This document shows, in pieces, positions 11,101 to 22,325 of a stretch of 64,000 bases of DNA (its first letter is position 1; every line of letters starts with the position of its first letter). The notes beneath the pieces are model-generated. The model searched no databases, was not told the origin of the DNA, and worked only from the letters and a program-made list of their open reading frames with translations. The stretch covers positions 352,001 through 416,000 of the forward strand of contig CAVWPA010000003.1 of assembly GCA_963756875.1 (NCBI GenBank). Direction: 5' to 3'. Origin of the DNA: an uncultured Verrucomicrobiae bacterium (GTDB taxonomy: Bacteria; Verrucomicrobiota; Verrucomicrobiia; Chthoniobacterales; UBA10450). A program made the translations under genes and the position numbers.

Positions 11101-14100
11101 GCGACCGTGGCTCTCCTCCTGGCAGGCTGGCTTTTCACGCCCGTGCCGATGCTCTGGAGCGGGATCATTGCGGGCCTGATGTTATGGCCGGTCCTGAATT
11201 CTCTCCTCGGCCTTTTGCTCCATCCGCTCCCGCCAGGGTCGCGGTTCTGGCGCGACCCGCGCGACCGTCTGCTGCGCTCCGTGTTCGCGGTTATCTTTCT
11301 GGCGGATTACGCTGGCATGGCACTCGATGCGATCGCTCGCGTCGCCTACCGGCGAATCACATCGCATCGGCTGCTGCTGGAATGGGAGACAGCGCAAGAC
11401 GCCCGCCAGCGCGTAAAAAATCAGCAACTGCGGTTCGTTTTCAACCGGCTTTGGATTCCGGTTGCCTGCGTGATCCTTTCTGCCGGTGCGGCCTGGAGAG
11501 GGACCTCGGCGATGGTGGCCGTGGGCCCGTTCCTCCTTTTGTCGGCGCTCTTTCCGGTGGCGGTGATGCTGATCGATCGCCCCGCGAAGAGCTGGCGCGG
11601 CGGAACGCTAACGGCGGACGATCGGCGATTCCTGCGCACGGCGGCGCGGCGAACCTGGAGATACTTCGATGACTTTGTCGGACCACAGACCTCCTGGCTG
11701 CCGCCGGACAACGTCCAGGAAACGCCCATGCGGGAAATTTTCCTGCGCACTTCACCGACGAACGTTGGGCTGTGGATGCTGGCGACCGTGGCGGCGAATG
11801 ATTTCGGTTACATCACGATCGACGACCTGGTGGCGCGCAATCTCGGCACGCTCGAAACGGTGGGTGGGCTCGAGCGTTTCGAAGGTCATCTCTTTAATTG
11901 GTACAGCCTGAAGACGCTTGAGCCGTTGCATCCTCGTTATGTCTCCACCGTGGACAGCGGTAATTTGCTGGCCAGTCTCTGGACTTTCGAGACCAGCTGC
12001 GACGAACTGGCCGCCCGCCCCCTTGTTGATGCGGGGGCATTGCGTGGAATAGCCGACACGCTCGGCGTGCTCCGGCAAATCGCGGGTGCGTTGAACGAAA
12101 CGGAACGTCCTCCGGCATTTCGCCGCTTGACCGAACTGACCGCGGGCCAGCCGGCGAATCTGGAAGAAGTCATCCAGCGTGTCCGGGCGGCTCGACAGCC
12201 GGCGCAGGATCTTCTGCTCCACTTCCGCGGGACGGAAACCGATCCGCGCACGTATTGGGCGCAACAAATCTCGAAGCAGGTCGCGGCATGGAACGCCGTC
12301 ATCGATAAATATCTTCGGCCGGTGGAGATTCTGATGGAACCGCCGGCGCAATTGATGTCGTTAGGCGAAGCGACGCACGAATCCCGGCGCGAGGCGCTCG
12401 CGGCCACCTTTTCGCTGCGCAACATCGCTGTCGAGGGCATCTCGGGGCTGGTGCCGCTACTTGCTTTTCATGAGCGACGGGAGGACCAGGAGATTCCTCC
12501 CGCCGTGCGCGAGTGGGTCGATCTTCTCGTCACGGAAGTGGAGCATTCGCGCCGGAACGCCTCGGAACAGCTCGCGCAATTGGACGAATTGATCGCCCAG
12601 AGCCAGCAACTGGAAGGCGGCATGGGGCTGCGATTTCTCTACGATGAGGAACGGCGGATTTTTGCCATCGGCTACCAGGTGGCAGAGCGCCGGCTCGACA
12701 CCTCGTTTTACGATCTCCTGGCGAGCGAAGCACGCCTAACGAGTTTCCTGGCGATCGCGCGCGGAGAAGTGCCGGTGGAACATTGGTGGGCTTTGAGCCG
12801 GCCCTTTGGTTCCGCCTACGGGCGGCTGCCGCTCCTTTCCTGGAGCGGGACGATGTTCGAATATTTGATGCCGCTCTTGTTCACCCAGACCAACGAGAAT
12901 TCGCTGCTTGATCGCGCCTGTTACGATGCCGTGCACTGTCAGATTGCCTACGCCCGGCAGAACAGCGTGCCGTGGGGCATCTCTGAATCCGCCTTCAGCG
13001 CGCTCGACCGGCACAACGTTTATCAATATCGGGCCTTTGGCGTGCCGGCGCTGGCGTTGAGGCGCACGCAGGAACATGATGTGGTCGTCGCGCCATATGC
13101 CGCAGCGCTCGCTCTCGCTGTGGAACCGGCCGCCGCGATCAAGAATCTGCGGCGGCTCGCCACCCTGGGCGACTCGGCGCTGCTCGGCGACTATGGCTAC
13201 TACGAAGCGATCGATTATTCGCGACGGACCGAACCCGGGGGCGCGGCCGGGATTATCATCCATTGCTATATGGTACATCACCAGGGAATGTCGCTCCTCG
13301 CCTACGACAACGCTTTACATGGCAACGCGATGCGAAGGCGGTTTCATTCCGATCCGCGTATTCGCGCCACCGAGCCGCTCCTGCACGAGCACATCCCCGA
13401 ACAAATTTTGCCGACCGCCGGTGACATGCACGAAGAACGACCGCTGCTCCGGACGATTCCGAGCGTCGGCGCGGCGGACGTGGCGCAGACACCGGAGGTC
13501 TCTTCACCGCGCATTCACCTTCTCTCCAACGGAACCTGCTCCGTCACGGTAACGAACTCCGGCGGCGGTTACTTGCGCTGGCTGGATCTGGACGTCACAC
13601 GCTGGCACGCCGATACGACCTGCGACGTCTCGGGTCCGGTTTGTTATATCCGGGATCTGGAAGGTGGAACGATCTGGAGCAACACCCATCAACCGGTGCG
13701 ATCGCCGGAGCGGCGTTACACCTGGAGTTTCACGCCGGACAAAGCGGAGTTTCGGCGAAGAAGCGGCCCGTGCGAGACCATCACGGAAATTGCCGTCTCC
13801 GCGGAAGAGGACGCGGAAGTCCGGCGCGTGACCCTGGTCAATACCTCGCGCAAATCGTGCCGCCTGGAGCTGACCAGTTATCTCGAGCTCGCCCTCGCGC
13901 CGCACCGGACCGATCGCGCGCATCCCGCTTTCAACAAGCTCTTCATCGAAACCGAATGGCTGCCGCATTGCGAAACGCTGGTCGCCCGACGCCGGCTCCG
14001 CGCACCCGACGACCAGCCGATCTGGGCCGCGCATCTTATGGTTCCCGAATCCTCTTCCACCGCTGCGACCGAGTTTGAAACCGATCGCGCCCAATTCCTC

Positions 14101-17100
14101 GGCCGGGGTCGCACGCCGGCAAATCCCGAAGCGATCACCCGCAGCCTAACGAATAGTGTCGGCGCCGTTCTCGATCCGATCTTTAGCCTGCGTCGTCGTG
14201 TCACGATCCTGCCTAACGAGCGCTTTCAGTTTGCGCTCGTGACCGTGGTGGCCGAATCGCGCGAAGCGGTTGTGGCGCTGGCCGAGCGCTACTCGGAGTT
14301 CCACACCTGCGCGCGCGCTTTTGAAACCGCGTGGACCCATTCCCAACTCGAGATGCGCCGGCTCCACATCCGGCCAGGTGATGCGCAAACTTTTCAACAT
14401 CTGGCGGCGCTCATTATCTTTCCGCAGGCCCAACTTCGACCACCGCCCGCGCGTCTCGGCCGCCGTGCCGAGGGTCAGCATGCGCTCTGGCGGCTGGGCA
14501 TTTCCGGGGACCTGCCGATTGTCGCCATAATGATCGGTCACCTCCGCGACATCGAAGTTGTGCGCGAGATTTTGACTGCGCATACCTTTTGGAGTCTGCG
14601 TGGCTTGAAGGTCGATCTCGTGCTCGTGAGCGAGGAACCACCGAGTTATGACGAACCGCTGACCGCCCACCTGCGCCAGCTCACGGAAGCGCAGGCCCAC
14701 CTGACCGGCGTGGATCAACCCGGCGGCGTTTATCTCCGCTCGGCGACTAAAATTTCGAAGGAAGAGTTGATCGTGCTTCAGGCTGCTGCGCGGATGGTCC
14801 TGGTCGCGGCCCGCGGCACGCTCCGCCAGCAGCTTGCCGCGACCACACCGGTCATCGTGAAACCGCAGCGAATAAGGCCTGCCCGGCAATTCCAAGAGGA
14901 GCCCTCCGCGCCGCTGGCCTTCATGGAGTTGAAATACTTCAACGGCCTTGGCGGCTTTACCGAGGACGGAAAGGAATTCGTCATCTATCTGGGTCCCGGC
15001 CGCCAAACGCCGCTTCCCTGGATCAACATCATGTCCAATCCGAAGTTCGGCGCGTTTGTTTCCGAGTCGGGCGCCGAATGTGTCTGGGGCCGCAACAGCC
15101 AGACCGATCGCCTCACGCCGTGGTTCAACGACCCGATCTCCGATCCGCCCGGCACGGCCATCTACATCCGCGATGAGGACATGGGCGTCGTCTGGTCGCC
15201 CACGCCGCAACCGATCCGGGAGAAGGACGCTTATCGCGCGCGACATGGCCAGGGTTACACAACTTTTGAACACAACAGCCACGCGATCGAACAACGGCTG
15301 CTCACTTTCGTGCCGGTCGATGACACCGGCGGCCAGCCGGTTCGCCTGCAGCGGCTGCGTTTGCGCAACAATTCGTCGCGCCGGCGGAAGCTGACTGTCA
15401 CCTCCTACGCCACTCTTGTTCTCGGATCCGATCCCGAGGAAACCGGCATGCATGTGGTCACGAAATGGGATTTGCAGAGCCAGAGCCTGTTCGCCCGCAA
15501 CTCCTACAACCCGGAGTTTTGCGACTGCATCACTTTTGCCACTTCGACTCCAACGCCTGCTTCGTTCACCGGTGATCGCGCTGTGTTTATCGGACGTAAC
15601 CGCTCGCTGCGCGATCCCGCCGCGATGGAGCACGAACGATTGACCGGCGACGTTGGCGCCGGCTTCGATCCTTGCGCCGCCGTGCAGGTCGTGGTCGAGA
15701 TCGAACCCGGACAGAGCGCCGAGATGACTTTTCTTCTCGGGCAGACGGACGACGAAGAAAAAGCGCGCGCACTTGTGAAGCGATTCCGCGATCCTGTGAA
15801 CGTCGAAGCCGCATTTCAGGAAACCAAGCGTTGGTGGGAGCGTCTCCTGAGCACGATCGAAGTGGAGACGCCGGAACTTTCGACAACTTTTCTGCTCAAC
15901 CGCTGGCTGGTTTATCAGACGCTTAGTTGCCGCCTCTGGGGCCGCACCGCTCTTTATCAATCGAGCGGCGCTTACGGCTTCCGCGATCAATTGCAGGATG
16001 TGATGGCGCTGGTGCACGCCGCGCCCGATCTCGCGCACGACCACATCCTGCGCGCGGCCGCGCGACAATTTGTGGAAGGGGATGTCCAGCACTGGTGGCA
16101 TCCTGATTCAGGCGCGGGTGTCCGCACTCGGATCAGTGACGATTTTCTCTGGCTTCCCTTCGTCACGGCACATTACGTCCGCACCACCGGCGATGCTGCG
16201 ATCCTGGACCAGATGGTTCCGTTCCTTGAAGCCAAACCGCTCGAGGCCGAACAGATCGAGAGCCTTTCCATTCCGGTCGTTTCCCACACGCAAGGGTCGC
16301 TACTCGAACATTGCCGGCGCGCCGTCGCGCGCGCCGCCACGGCCGGTCCGCACGGGCTGCCGCTGATCGGAAGCGGCGATTGGAACGACGGCCTCAACCG
16401 GGTCGGGATTGGTGGCAAAGGCGAGAGCGTCTGGCTGGCATGGTTTGAGATTTGCGTGCTCCATGATTTCGCGGAGTTGCTCACTCTGCGCGAGTTGGGC
16501 GAGGAAGCGAAAGCCTGCCGCGCCCGCTCCGCTGAGTTGGCGAAAAGAGTCGACGCTCAGGCTTGGGACGGAGCCTGGTATCGTCGCGCATATTTTGACG
16601 ATGGCACCCCTCTCGGTTCGAGCGAAAACGCCGAAGCACGGATCGATTCGATTCCGCAAACCTGGGCCGCGATCTCCGGCGCGGGCGGTTCCGATCGCGT
16701 CGAGGTCGCCCTGCGATCGCTCGAGGAAAATCTCGTCCGTGAAGCCGACGATCTGATCCTGCTGTTCACTCCCCCTTTTGACAAAACCACCGCCGACGTT
16801 GGCTACATCAAGGGTTATCCGCCCGGCGTGCGGGAAAACGGCGGTCAATACACGCATGCCGCTACCTGGGTACCCATGGCTTTCGCACGCCGGGGCGATG
16901 GCGACAAAGCCGTCCGGCTTTTGCGGATGTTGAATTCAGTCGAGCGTGCTCGGGAAGAAGAAAGTTGCGAACGCTATAAAGTCGAGCCTTACGTCATGGC
17001 GGGCGACGTTTACTCGTTAGCCGGCCACGTCGGACGCGGTGGTTGGAGTTGGTACACGGGCTCGGCGGCCTGGACGTATCGCGTCTGGCTCGAGGAAGTC

Positions 17101-17355
17101 TTGGGTTTCCAGCGTCGCGGCGACACGCTCACGATCAACCCGGTCATACCGAAAGATTGGGACGGCTTTCATCTAAAATACCGTTATCAGAACACCCTTT
17201 ATCGCATCGCGGTCGAAAATCCCGGCCACTGTTCCCGCGGTGTCGTCCTGGTGGAACTAGATGGAACTGCAGTGGCCGACAAAATCGTGGCACTGCGTGA
17301 CGACGCACATCCTCACGAGGTGCGCGTCGTCCTGGGAACGGAACCGCCGGCGTGA
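8176..17355 (+). CDS. ndvB: Cyclic beta-1,2-glucan synthase/phosphorylase (NdvB/ChvB-like; GT core, glucoamylase-like and GH94 domains)
   Basis: EWLLDN, WERKRGKL, ITLDADT, SHDLLEG, RQHRWIRGDWQ, YDLLASEARL, QSSGAYGFRDQLQD, GDWNDG and ENGGQYTHA motifs. The ORF is open from 7915; the ATG at 8176 is the more plausible start. Confidence 0.93.
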   Translation: MRFRRRRDGHVLVVGIFQGPETGRAVLRNLRRAGFHRAAAIYSSAMGRLRVDERGLSALGGAATASALSVALGAIIFWERATLAGYGPARLALLLGAFAAVGVLAGWLLVRLLRQHVDDASLARCTRSILPDEVMVIAEVKASETARVLAILRDVEAEAPVTFAFHSPPPFPFESTTRPLGHELPSGQRLEENAARLAVAIPVDRETKPRGPSFLRRLGEIEHALEWINASLTMSAEVHHAFTLSAEWLLDNAYLTREQIADLQGSLPQEYYGELPLIATGSEAGLPRVYQVASEMVAETGGALEPEIIRKFLVAFQATAPLDIGELWALPLMLRLQLLEGLRALAIQVEQQQSQSEEADFWSNRLITAVRHGSPRLLKRMEELVERYPEPMPHFASELVAHLYDEETALPLVSGWLERSLRAPLLEVIQQEHRRQAVQQTALANVISSCRRLAQVQWRELFQSASWAESELAADPAGVYARQNFETRDRCRSAVEEIARWSKCSEQKAIDQALALAKAGEGEVTRNVGYYLIDAGRPALERATGARISFAERFRRWLHAHAAVAYFGSIFLLTVVMVAAPLLFIAGLVPWLTDALLGFLLLLPASELAVLAVNYFVTSLLSPQVLPKMSFKKEGIPDDCRTLVVVPMLLTTPDAIQNELNRLEIRYLGNTDANLRFSLLTDFADAPRENMPEDAEYLDIVARGIEELNRRHGAGRFFLFHRGRLWSESEQRWIGWERKRGKLEQLNRFLVGESAPELEGFLHAGDRAQLEGIRFIITLDADTQLLRDTARKMIETLAHPLNQARLSPDGCHVARGYTIIQPSVSASLPSARATWFSRIFADPRGIDPYTHAVSDVYQDLIGEGSYHGKGIYELQTFCSLLSGRFPTAHLLSHDLLEGCHVRVGLATDIELLDVFPSSYIAWWNRQHRWIRGDWQIIDWLKPRVPVGGGGTKPNPLSAFSRWKIFDNLRRSLVPPATVALLLAGWLFTPVPMLWSGIIAGLMLWPVLNSLLGLLLHPLPPGSRFWRDPRDRLLRSVFAVIFLADYAGMALDAIARVAYRRITSHRLLLEWETAQDARQRVKNQQLRFVFNRLWIPVACVILSAGAAWRGTSAMVAVGPFLLLSALFPVAVMLIDRPAKSWRGGTLTADDRRFLRTAARRTWRYFDDFVGPQTSWLPPDNVQETPMREIFLRTSPTNVGLWMLATVAANDFGYITIDDLVARNLGTLETVGGLERFEGHLFNWYSLKTLEPLHPRYVSTVDSGNLLASLWTFETSCDELAARPLVDAGALRGIADTLGVLRQIAGALNETERPPAFRRLTELTAGQPANLEEVIQRVRAARQPAQDLLLHFRGTETDPRTYWAQQISKQVAAWNAVIDKYLRPVEILMEPPAQLMSLGEATHESRREALAATFSLRNIAVEGISGLVPLLAFHERREDQEIPPAVREWVDLLVTEVEHSRRNASEQLAQLDELIAQSQQLEGGMGLRFLYDEERRIFAIGYQVAERRLDTSFYDLLASEARLTSFLAIARGEVPVEHWWALSRPFGSAYGRLPLLSWSGTMFEYLMPLLFTQTNENSLLDRACYDAVHCQIAYARQNSVPWGISESAFSALDRHNVYQYRAFGVPALALRRTQEHDVVVAPYAAALALAVEPAAAIKNLRRLATLGDSALLGDYGYYEAIDYSRRTEPGGAAGIIIHCYMVHHQGMSLLAYDNALHGNAMRRRFHSDPRIRATEPLLHEHIPEQILPTAGDMHEERPLLRTIPSVGAADVAQTPEVSSPRIHLLSNGTCSVTVTNSGGGYLRWLDLDVTRWHADTTCDVSGPVCYIRDLEGGTIWSNTHQPVRSPERRYTWSFTPDKAEFRRRSGPCETITEIAVSAEEDAEVRRVTLVNTSRKSCRLELTSYLELALAPHRTDRAHPAFNKLFIETEWLPHCETLVARRRLRAPDDQPIWAAHLMVPESSSTAATEFETDRAQFLGRGRTPANPEAITRSLTNSVGAVLDPIFSLRRRVTILPNERFQFALVTVVAESREAVVALAERYSEFHTCARAFETAWTHSQLEMRRLHIRPGDAQTFQHLAALIIFPQAQLRPPPARLGRRAEGQHALWRLGISGDLPIVAIMIGHLRDIEVVREILTAHTFWSLRGLKVDLVLVSEEPPSYDEPLTAHLRQLTEAQAHLTGVDQPGGVYLRSATKISKEELIVLQAAARMVLVAARGTLRQQLAATTPVIVKPQRIRPARQFQEEPSAPLAFMELKYFNGLGGFTEDGKEFVIYLGPGRQTPLPWINIMSNPKFGAFVSESGAECVWGRNSQTDRLTPWFNDPISDPPGTAIYIRDEDMGVVWSPTPQPIREKDAYRARHGQGYTTFEHNSHAIEQRLLTFVPVDDTGGQPVRLQRLRLRNNSSRRRKLTVTSYATLVLGSDPEETGMHVVTKWDLQSQSLFARNSYNPEFCDCITFATSTPTPASFTGDRAVFIGRNRSLRDPAAMEHERLTGDVGAGFDPCAAVQVVVEIEPGQSAEMTFLLGQTDDEEKARALVKRFRDPVNVEAAFQETKRWWERLLSTIEVETPELSTTFLLNRWLVYQTLSCRLWGRTALYQSSGAYGFRDQLQDVMALVHAAPDLAHDHILRAAARQFVEGDVQHWWHPDSGAGVRTRISDDFLWLPFVTAHYVRTTGDAAILDQMVPFLEAKPLEAEQIESLSIPVVSHTQGSLLEHCRRAVARAATAGPHGLPLIGSGDWNDGLNRVGIGGKGESVWLAWFEICVLHDFAELLTLRELGEEAKACRARSAELAKRVDAQAWDGAWYRRAYFDDGTPLGSSENAEARIDSIPQTWAAISGAGGSDRVEVALRSLEENLVREADDLILLFTPPFDKTTADVGYIKGYPPGVRENGGQYTHAATWVPMAFARRGDGDKAVRLLRMLNSVERAREEESCERYKVEPYVMAGDVYSLAGHVGRGGWSWYTGSAAWTYRVWLEEVLGFQRRGDTLTINPVIPKDWDGFHLKYRYQNTLYRIAVENPGHCSRGVVLVELDGTAVADKIVALRDDAHPHEVRVVLGTEPPA

Positions 17356-17488
17356 GGCGGCGATCTTGCGATAGACGACGTCCGATCCCAAATTTTACGC
17401 GCAAGATCTGAACAGACTCTCGCAAATGCCGATAAGCCAATGAGCCGCCTGCGGTTCAGAGTGAGAACGAAAGAAGGGAACAAGAACA

Positions 17489-17899
17489 ATGAACAAAAAT
17501 CCTCTGAACAAAGGTATTTTAACTGAGAACGCGATCGGTATCGGTACGGTGACTCCAGAGATGGTTGAGACTCGTGCGCGTGAATTAGCCGCTATCGCAG
17601 GTCGTGTTCCTTCGCAAAGGTCCGAGGTTGATTATGAACAGGCCAAACGTGAATTGACGGGCGGACCGGATATGGATGTTGAAGAAGCGGTTCTTGAATC
17701 GATGCCCGAATCGGAACGCTGGGATCCCGTGCGGGGCTCGACTGGACACCACACGCCGGAGTCGTTTGGCGAAGACGAAGATAGCGAAGGACGGAGCGAG
17801 AGTGCGCAACTTGTCGAAGAAGGAATCAAAGAAGCGGAGCACGATCAGATGCTCCAAGCAGCCCGGGCAGCTCAGAAAAGGGGCCCACGCGAACCGTGA
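17489..17899 (+). CDS. Acidic hypothetical protein (DUF2934-like helix hairpin)
   Basis: Purine-rich RBS; VETRARELA...DYEQAKREL resembles the DUF2934 pattern. Confidence 0.65.
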   Translation: MNKNPLNKGILTENAIGIGTVTPEMVETRARELAAIAGRVPSQRSEVDYEQAKRELTGGPDMDVEEAVLESMPESERWDPVRGSTGHHTPESFGEDEDSEGRSESAQLVEEGIKEAEHDQMLQAARAAQKRGPREP

Positions 17900-17987
17900 G
17901 CTGCGGAGGCTACGTGCTCCGATCGTGCGTCATGAAATCGGTTCAACTTAAGCAGATAGGGAGTGGCCCACTTGTTGAGATCGGCTT

Positions 17988-18350
17988 CTAGTCGTGTATC
18001 AGCCAAGTCCGTGCTTCCTCTATCGTGCCGGTTTCAAAATAACGAATCTTCGCGGTGGTGAACGGCCGGCAAAAAGCGGCCATCCATTCCTCCCATTTCT
18101 TGTCGCCGACCATGGCGATCCGCTCGATGTCCGATAAATGTTTCACACCGAGTTTGAGATCGTCCCAGCCCGCCTGCGGTTCCCAGCCGTGAAAGTCCAC
18201 CATTTCAAATAGCAGCCGGACTTTGCCATGGCTTTTTATGAGACGATCGAACTCCGGGACGAAGCGCTGGTAATCCTGATGCACCAGTTTGCCCGTGACC
18301 TGGACTTCCAGAACCTTGCCGCCCTCTTTTTCAGTCAGTTGTACCGGCAT
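17988..18350 (-). CDS. STAS/SEC14 domain (SpoIIAA-like) protein
   Basis: GKLVHQDY, FHGWE, WDDLKLG, RIAMVGDKKW, EARTWL. Confidence 0.9.
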   Translation of the reverse strand: MPVQLTEKEGGKVLEVQVTGKLVHQDYQRFVPEFDRLIKSHGKVRLLFEMVDFHGWEPQAGWDDLKLGVKHLSDIERIAMVGDKKWEEWMAAFCRPFTTAKIRYFETGTIEEARTWLIHD

Positions 18351-18362
18351 ATTTGTCTCCTT

Positions 18363-19388
18363 TTACTTGTTAGGCTTGAATCGGCTGGGAACGACGATGA
18401 GAGGGCGATTGGCCCGACGCATGACCTGTTCCACCACGTTGCCCACGAGCGCATGCCTGAACCCGCCGTGGCCATGGGTGCAAAGGACGATAAGATCGAT
18501 TCCGTCGCCGCGGGCTTCGGAGCAGATTTCGTCCACCGCAGAGCCGACCTTGATTTCCGCTTCGCATGAAATGCCCCGCAAAAACGCGGATTGTGTCAGG
18601 CGATCCATTTGCCGGCGCGTGGCCTCCTGCACCGCCTCCATCAAAGACATCGTTTCGCCTGGAATTCGCTCGCCGCCGATCGTTTCTGCATACGGATGAA
18701 TGGCATGAAAGAGACGAAGAGCGGCGTGGAAGCGCGCGGCAAGCAGCGCGGCATATTTCACGCCGGTAAGTGAACACGTTGAAAAGTCGACCGGCGCCAG
18801 GACTTTCTTTATTAAGATTGTCTCACGTTCATTCGGCCCACCACCATTTGGTTCCAGAAATTCCCGCTCCCGTTTTCGCACGATCAGAACAGGACACTTC
18901 GAGTGTTGGACCACGCGTTCGGCCGTGCTTCCATGAATGACGTGCTGGAATCCTGAATAGCCGTGCGTCGTCAGCACGATTAAATCAGCTTTTGTCTCCG
19001 AAGCCGTCGCCACAATTTTCTTGAATGTTCTTCCCCTCTGCACGCTGCACGTCTTTGCGGAGGCAGGTATCCGGAATTTTGCAGCCCAGCTTCGGAGGAG
19101 TTTTTCGGCGATCTTGGCCATTGTTTCCGGCTCAGTTACCATCGGCATTCGGATAATTGCGGGCGACGGCTCCCGTTCGGGATCCACAACATGCAGAAGG
19201 CGCACCTCGGCCCGGAATTTCGCAGCCAGACTCAATGCGTAGCGCAGTGCTTTCACCGACTGGCGCGAAAAATCGACTGGAACGAGAATGCGACGCAGCT
19301 GCAATGTTTTTTTCGGTCTTCCGGTGGTCGACCGCGCCTGAGAAGACAGAGCGCGACGGCTGGTCGCACGGCGGGTCGCTTTTTTCAC
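18363..19388 (-). CDS. Universal stress protein (tandem USP domains)
   Basis: Two repeats of ILVPVDFS...DLIVL.THG..G.....GS.AE.VV...CPVL. Confidence 0.93.
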   Translation of the reverse strand: MKKATRRATSRRALSSQARSTTGRPKKTLQLRRILVPVDFSRQSVKALRYALSLAAKFRAEVRLLHVVDPEREPSPAIIRMPMVTEPETMAKIAEKLLRSWAAKFRIPASAKTCSVQRGRTFKKIVATASETKADLIVLTTHGYSGFQHVIHGSTAERVVQHSKCPVLIVRKREREFLEPNGGGPNERETILIKKVLAPVDFSTCSLTGVKYAALLAARFHAALRLFHAIHPYAETIGGERIPGETMSLMEAVQEATRRQMDRLTQSAFLRGISCEAEIKVGSAVDEICSEARGDGIDLIVLCTHGHGGFRHALVGNVVEQVMRRANRPLIVVPSRFKPNK

Positions 19389-19533
19389 GGCTCGACGCTA
19401 CTCAATTGGACGCCGCCGTTCCACTCAATGATTGCTAAAGATCGGCTATTTCTTGCGAAGGCCAAATCGGGCCGGGACCCAGTCATCGCAGCCTAAAGAA
19501 TTACCGCTAGAGCCGCAAGCACCGACAGAATGA

Positions 19534-22263
19534 TCAGCCTGCATTGCCGGGTGTGGCCGTTTTCGCGCGCCGAGCGCGGATGATCTTGGTGATCTCGACT
19601 ACGGACACGGGCGTGAGGCCCATCAGAAAAATAACCAGCCAATCCCAACCGAAATGCGGCACACTTTTGAACAGAATGTGTCGCGTTAACGGAATCCAGA
19701 GCAGCGACATTTGCAGTATTCCGGATAAGACGATCGCCGCCAAAAGGTAGGGGTTCGTGAAAATGCCGAGCTGGGGAAGCGTGTAACGCTGACTGCGGCA
19801 GGCGAAGGAGAAGAAAAGCTGAGTGAAGGTAACGACATAAAAAGCGGTAGCCTGCGCGTAGGAAGCGTCTTCCCTTAGATAGGAATAGGCGAATCCGGCG
19901 ATGGCCACCGCCGAAATCAGTACGCCGTGAAAAATGATCCGGGCTCCACGCTGGCGGGTAAAAAACGGCTCGTTTGGCGGTCGCGGCGGCCGGCTCATCA
20001 CATCCGGTTCCGGTTTTTCCATGGCCAGCGCGAGCGCGGGCAGGCCGTCGGTGACAAGGTTGATCCAGAGTAACTGGATCGGCAGCAGCGGAACCGGCCA
20101 TCCGACGACAGCCGCAAAAAGCACAAGCGCGATTTCGCTGGCGTTACAGGAAAGCAGGTAATGGACGAACTCCTGGATGTTGTCGTAAATCCCTCGCCCT
20201 TCTTCGACCGCGTTGACGATGGAAGCAAAATTGTCGTCTGTCAGCACCATGTCCGACGCTTCCTTGGTGACATCGGTTCCGGTAACTCCCATGGCAATGC
20301 CGATGTCGGCCATCTTCACTGCCGGCGCGTCGTTCACGCCGTCACCCGTCATCGCCACCACCTGGCCTCTGGCTTTGAGCGCCTGCACGACGCGCAGCTT
20401 GTGTTCCGGGGAAACGCGAGCATAAACAGAAAGCCCTTCCACCTCGGCCAACAACTCCTCATCGGAGAGCGCGTCCACTTCCAAACCGGTGATCGCAGTG
20501 TCCTGCCCCACGGCAATATTCAGCTCGTGTGCGATGGCCATCGCCGTCGCTGGATGATCGCCTGTGATCATCACCGGCCGAATGCCGGCCGATTTGCACT
20601 TTGCCACCGCAACGCGCGCTTTTTCACGCGGCGGATCGATCATCCCCACGAGACCGGCGAAAATCAAATCGTGTTCGCCGCGTTTTTTGAAATCTGCATC
20701 AACGTCGCGCCAGGCCAGGCCCAGCACTCGTAGCGCGCGGTTCGCCATGCCGCGACTTTGTTCCAGCAGCTCCTCGCGCCGCGCCTGTGAAAGCGGTGTC
20801 TGTTCGCCATTCCGCTGTTCGAAGGCGCAGCGTTCCAGCAGGAGTTCCGGCGCACCTTTCGTGTAGATGACGGTGCTCTTCTTCGGATCCTGCACGACCA
20901 CGGACATCAATTTACGCGCCGAGTCGAAGGGGATTTCGTGTACAATTGTGTGATCGGAATCGCACCGCATGCCCGCCTTCCTCGCTGCAACCACGAGTGC
21001 GCCTTCCGTCGGATCTCCAACGATTTGCCAGCGATCGTCGTTTGGCCCTGGCGCTTCCAATTGTGAATTGTTGCACCATAAGGCGATCTTCAGCACGCGC
21101 ATGAGCGCCGGATCATCTTGCGGCTCCACAGGTTTGTTCTCCTGGCTGGAATTGAGCGCAACGAATTCACCCTCCGGCGCGTAACCTGTTCCGGTAACGC
21201 GGTAACGCCGCGTGCCGGCAACAATCTCGGTTACCATCATTTCATTGCGCGTCAGCGTTCCTGTCTTGTCGGAACAAATCACCGTCACCGAGCCGAGCGT
21301 TTCAACGCTGGCCAGCCGGCGAATTAGGGCGTTGCGCTTCACCATGCGTTGTAATCCCAGCGCAAGAGCAATCGTCACCACAGCCGGCAATCCTTCCGGG
21401 ACCGCCGCTACTGCAAGGCTGACCGCGACCAGAAACGTCTGCGCCAGACTTTCGCCGCGGAACAGTTGCAGGACGAAAATAATCGCGACCAGGATGAGGC
21501 AGGCGGCAATCAGCACGCGCCCAAGCTCCTCGAGCCGCTTCTGCAGCGGGGTCGGTTCCCGCTCTTCGGTCTGTAGAAATTCGGCGATGCGTCCCAGCTC
21601 GGTATTCATCCCGATCGCTGCGACCACGCCGCGTCCTTTACCAGCAACAGCGCTGGTGCCCATGAACGCCATGTTGACCCGGTCGGCGATACCGGCGTCT
21701 TTCGTCGACACGGCCACTCCATCCTTTTCAACAGGCGTCGATTCGCCGGTCAACGAGGCTTCCTGTGTTTTTAAATCAAAGGTGGTAGTCAGGCGCAGAT
21801 CTGCCGGGACGCGGTCGCCCGCCTCGAGTTCGACAACGTCGCCGGGCACCAAATCTTTTGCTGCGATGCTATGCAGCGAGCCGGCACGAAGTGCTTTCGC
21901 AACCGGAGCGGAAAGTTTCTTGAGCGAAGAAAGCGCTTTCTCGGCTTTTCGTTCCTGAAAGAAGCCAAGCAGCGCGTTTAACAGAACGATCGCGAAGATG
22001 GCGCTCGCTTCCAGCCAGTCGCCAAGAGCGGCGGAAAGAATTGTTGCAACCAGCAGAATCCAGATGACCAGCTGGTTGAACTGGCTCAGAAACTTCAGCC
22101 ACCACCGCGGAGGAGATGGCTCCGCCAGTTCGTTTGGACCGCATTCCGACGAGCGGGATTCGACTTGCGCGATGGAGAGGCCGTTCGCCAGATCGGTCTT
22201 TAGAAGTCCGGCCACTTCGCTGACGCTGAGTTGATGCCACGGAGTCCGGGGGCTCGATTTCAT
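19534..22263 (-). CDS. Cation-translocating P-type ATPase (type II, Ca2+/CtpF-like)
   Basis: [29 protein letters not shown] and WINLVTD motifs. Confidence 0.95.
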   Translation of the reverse strand: MKSSPRTPWHQLSVSEVAGLLKTDLANGLSIAQVESRSSECGPNELAEPSPPRWWLKFLSQFNQLVIWILLVATILSAALGDWLEASAIFAIVLLNALLGFFQERKAEKALSSLKKLSAPVAKALRAGSLHSIAAKDLVPGDVVELEAGDRVPADLRLTTTFDLKTQEASLTGESTPVEKDGVAVSTKDAGIADRVNMAFMGTSAVAGKGRGVVAAIGMNTELGRIAEFLQTEEREPTPLQKRLEELGRVLIAACLILVAIIFVLQLFRGESLAQTFLVAVSLAVAAVPEGLPAVVTIALALGLQRMVKRNALIRRLASVETLGSVTVICSDKTGTLTRNEMMVTEIVAGTRRYRVTGTGYAPEGEFVALNSSQENKPVEPQDDPALMRVLKIALWCNNSQLEAPGPNDDRWQIVGDPTEGALVVAARKAGMRCDSDHTIVHEIPFDSARKLMSVVVQDPKKSTVIYTKGAPELLLERCAFEQRNGEQTPLSQARREELLEQSRGMANRALRVLGLAWRDVDADFKKRGEHDLIFAGLVGMIDPPREKARVAVAKCKSAGIRPVMITGDHPATAMAIAHELNIAVGQDTAITGLEVDALSDEELLAEVEGLSVYARVSPEHKLRVVQALKARGQVVAMTGDGVNDAPAVKMADIGIAMGVTGTDVTKEASDMVLTDDNFASIVNAVEEGRGIYDNIQEFVHYLLSCNASEIALVLFAAVVGWPVPLLPIQLLWINLVTDGLPALALAMEKPEPDVMSRPPRPPNEPFFTRQRGARIIFHGVLISAVAIAGFAYSYLREDASYAQATAFYVVTFTQLFFSFACRSQRYTLPQLGIFTNPYLLAAIVLSGILQMSLLWIPLTRHILFKSVPHFGWDWLVIFLMGLTPVSVVEITKIIRARRAKTATPGNAG

Positions 22264-22325
22264 TTTTGGAAGCGGCGACTGTTCTATTAACCAATTCGTC
22301 TGGTGCGACGCTCGAATTGGGCGAG

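Noticed and set aside
14146..16101. 651-aa antisense ORF inside ndvB, and similar ones (26959-28167, 34790-35806, 52685-53806, 5585-6652)
   Set aside because: These are shadow ORFs expected at high GC. They have no recognisable motifs and overlap well-supported genes.
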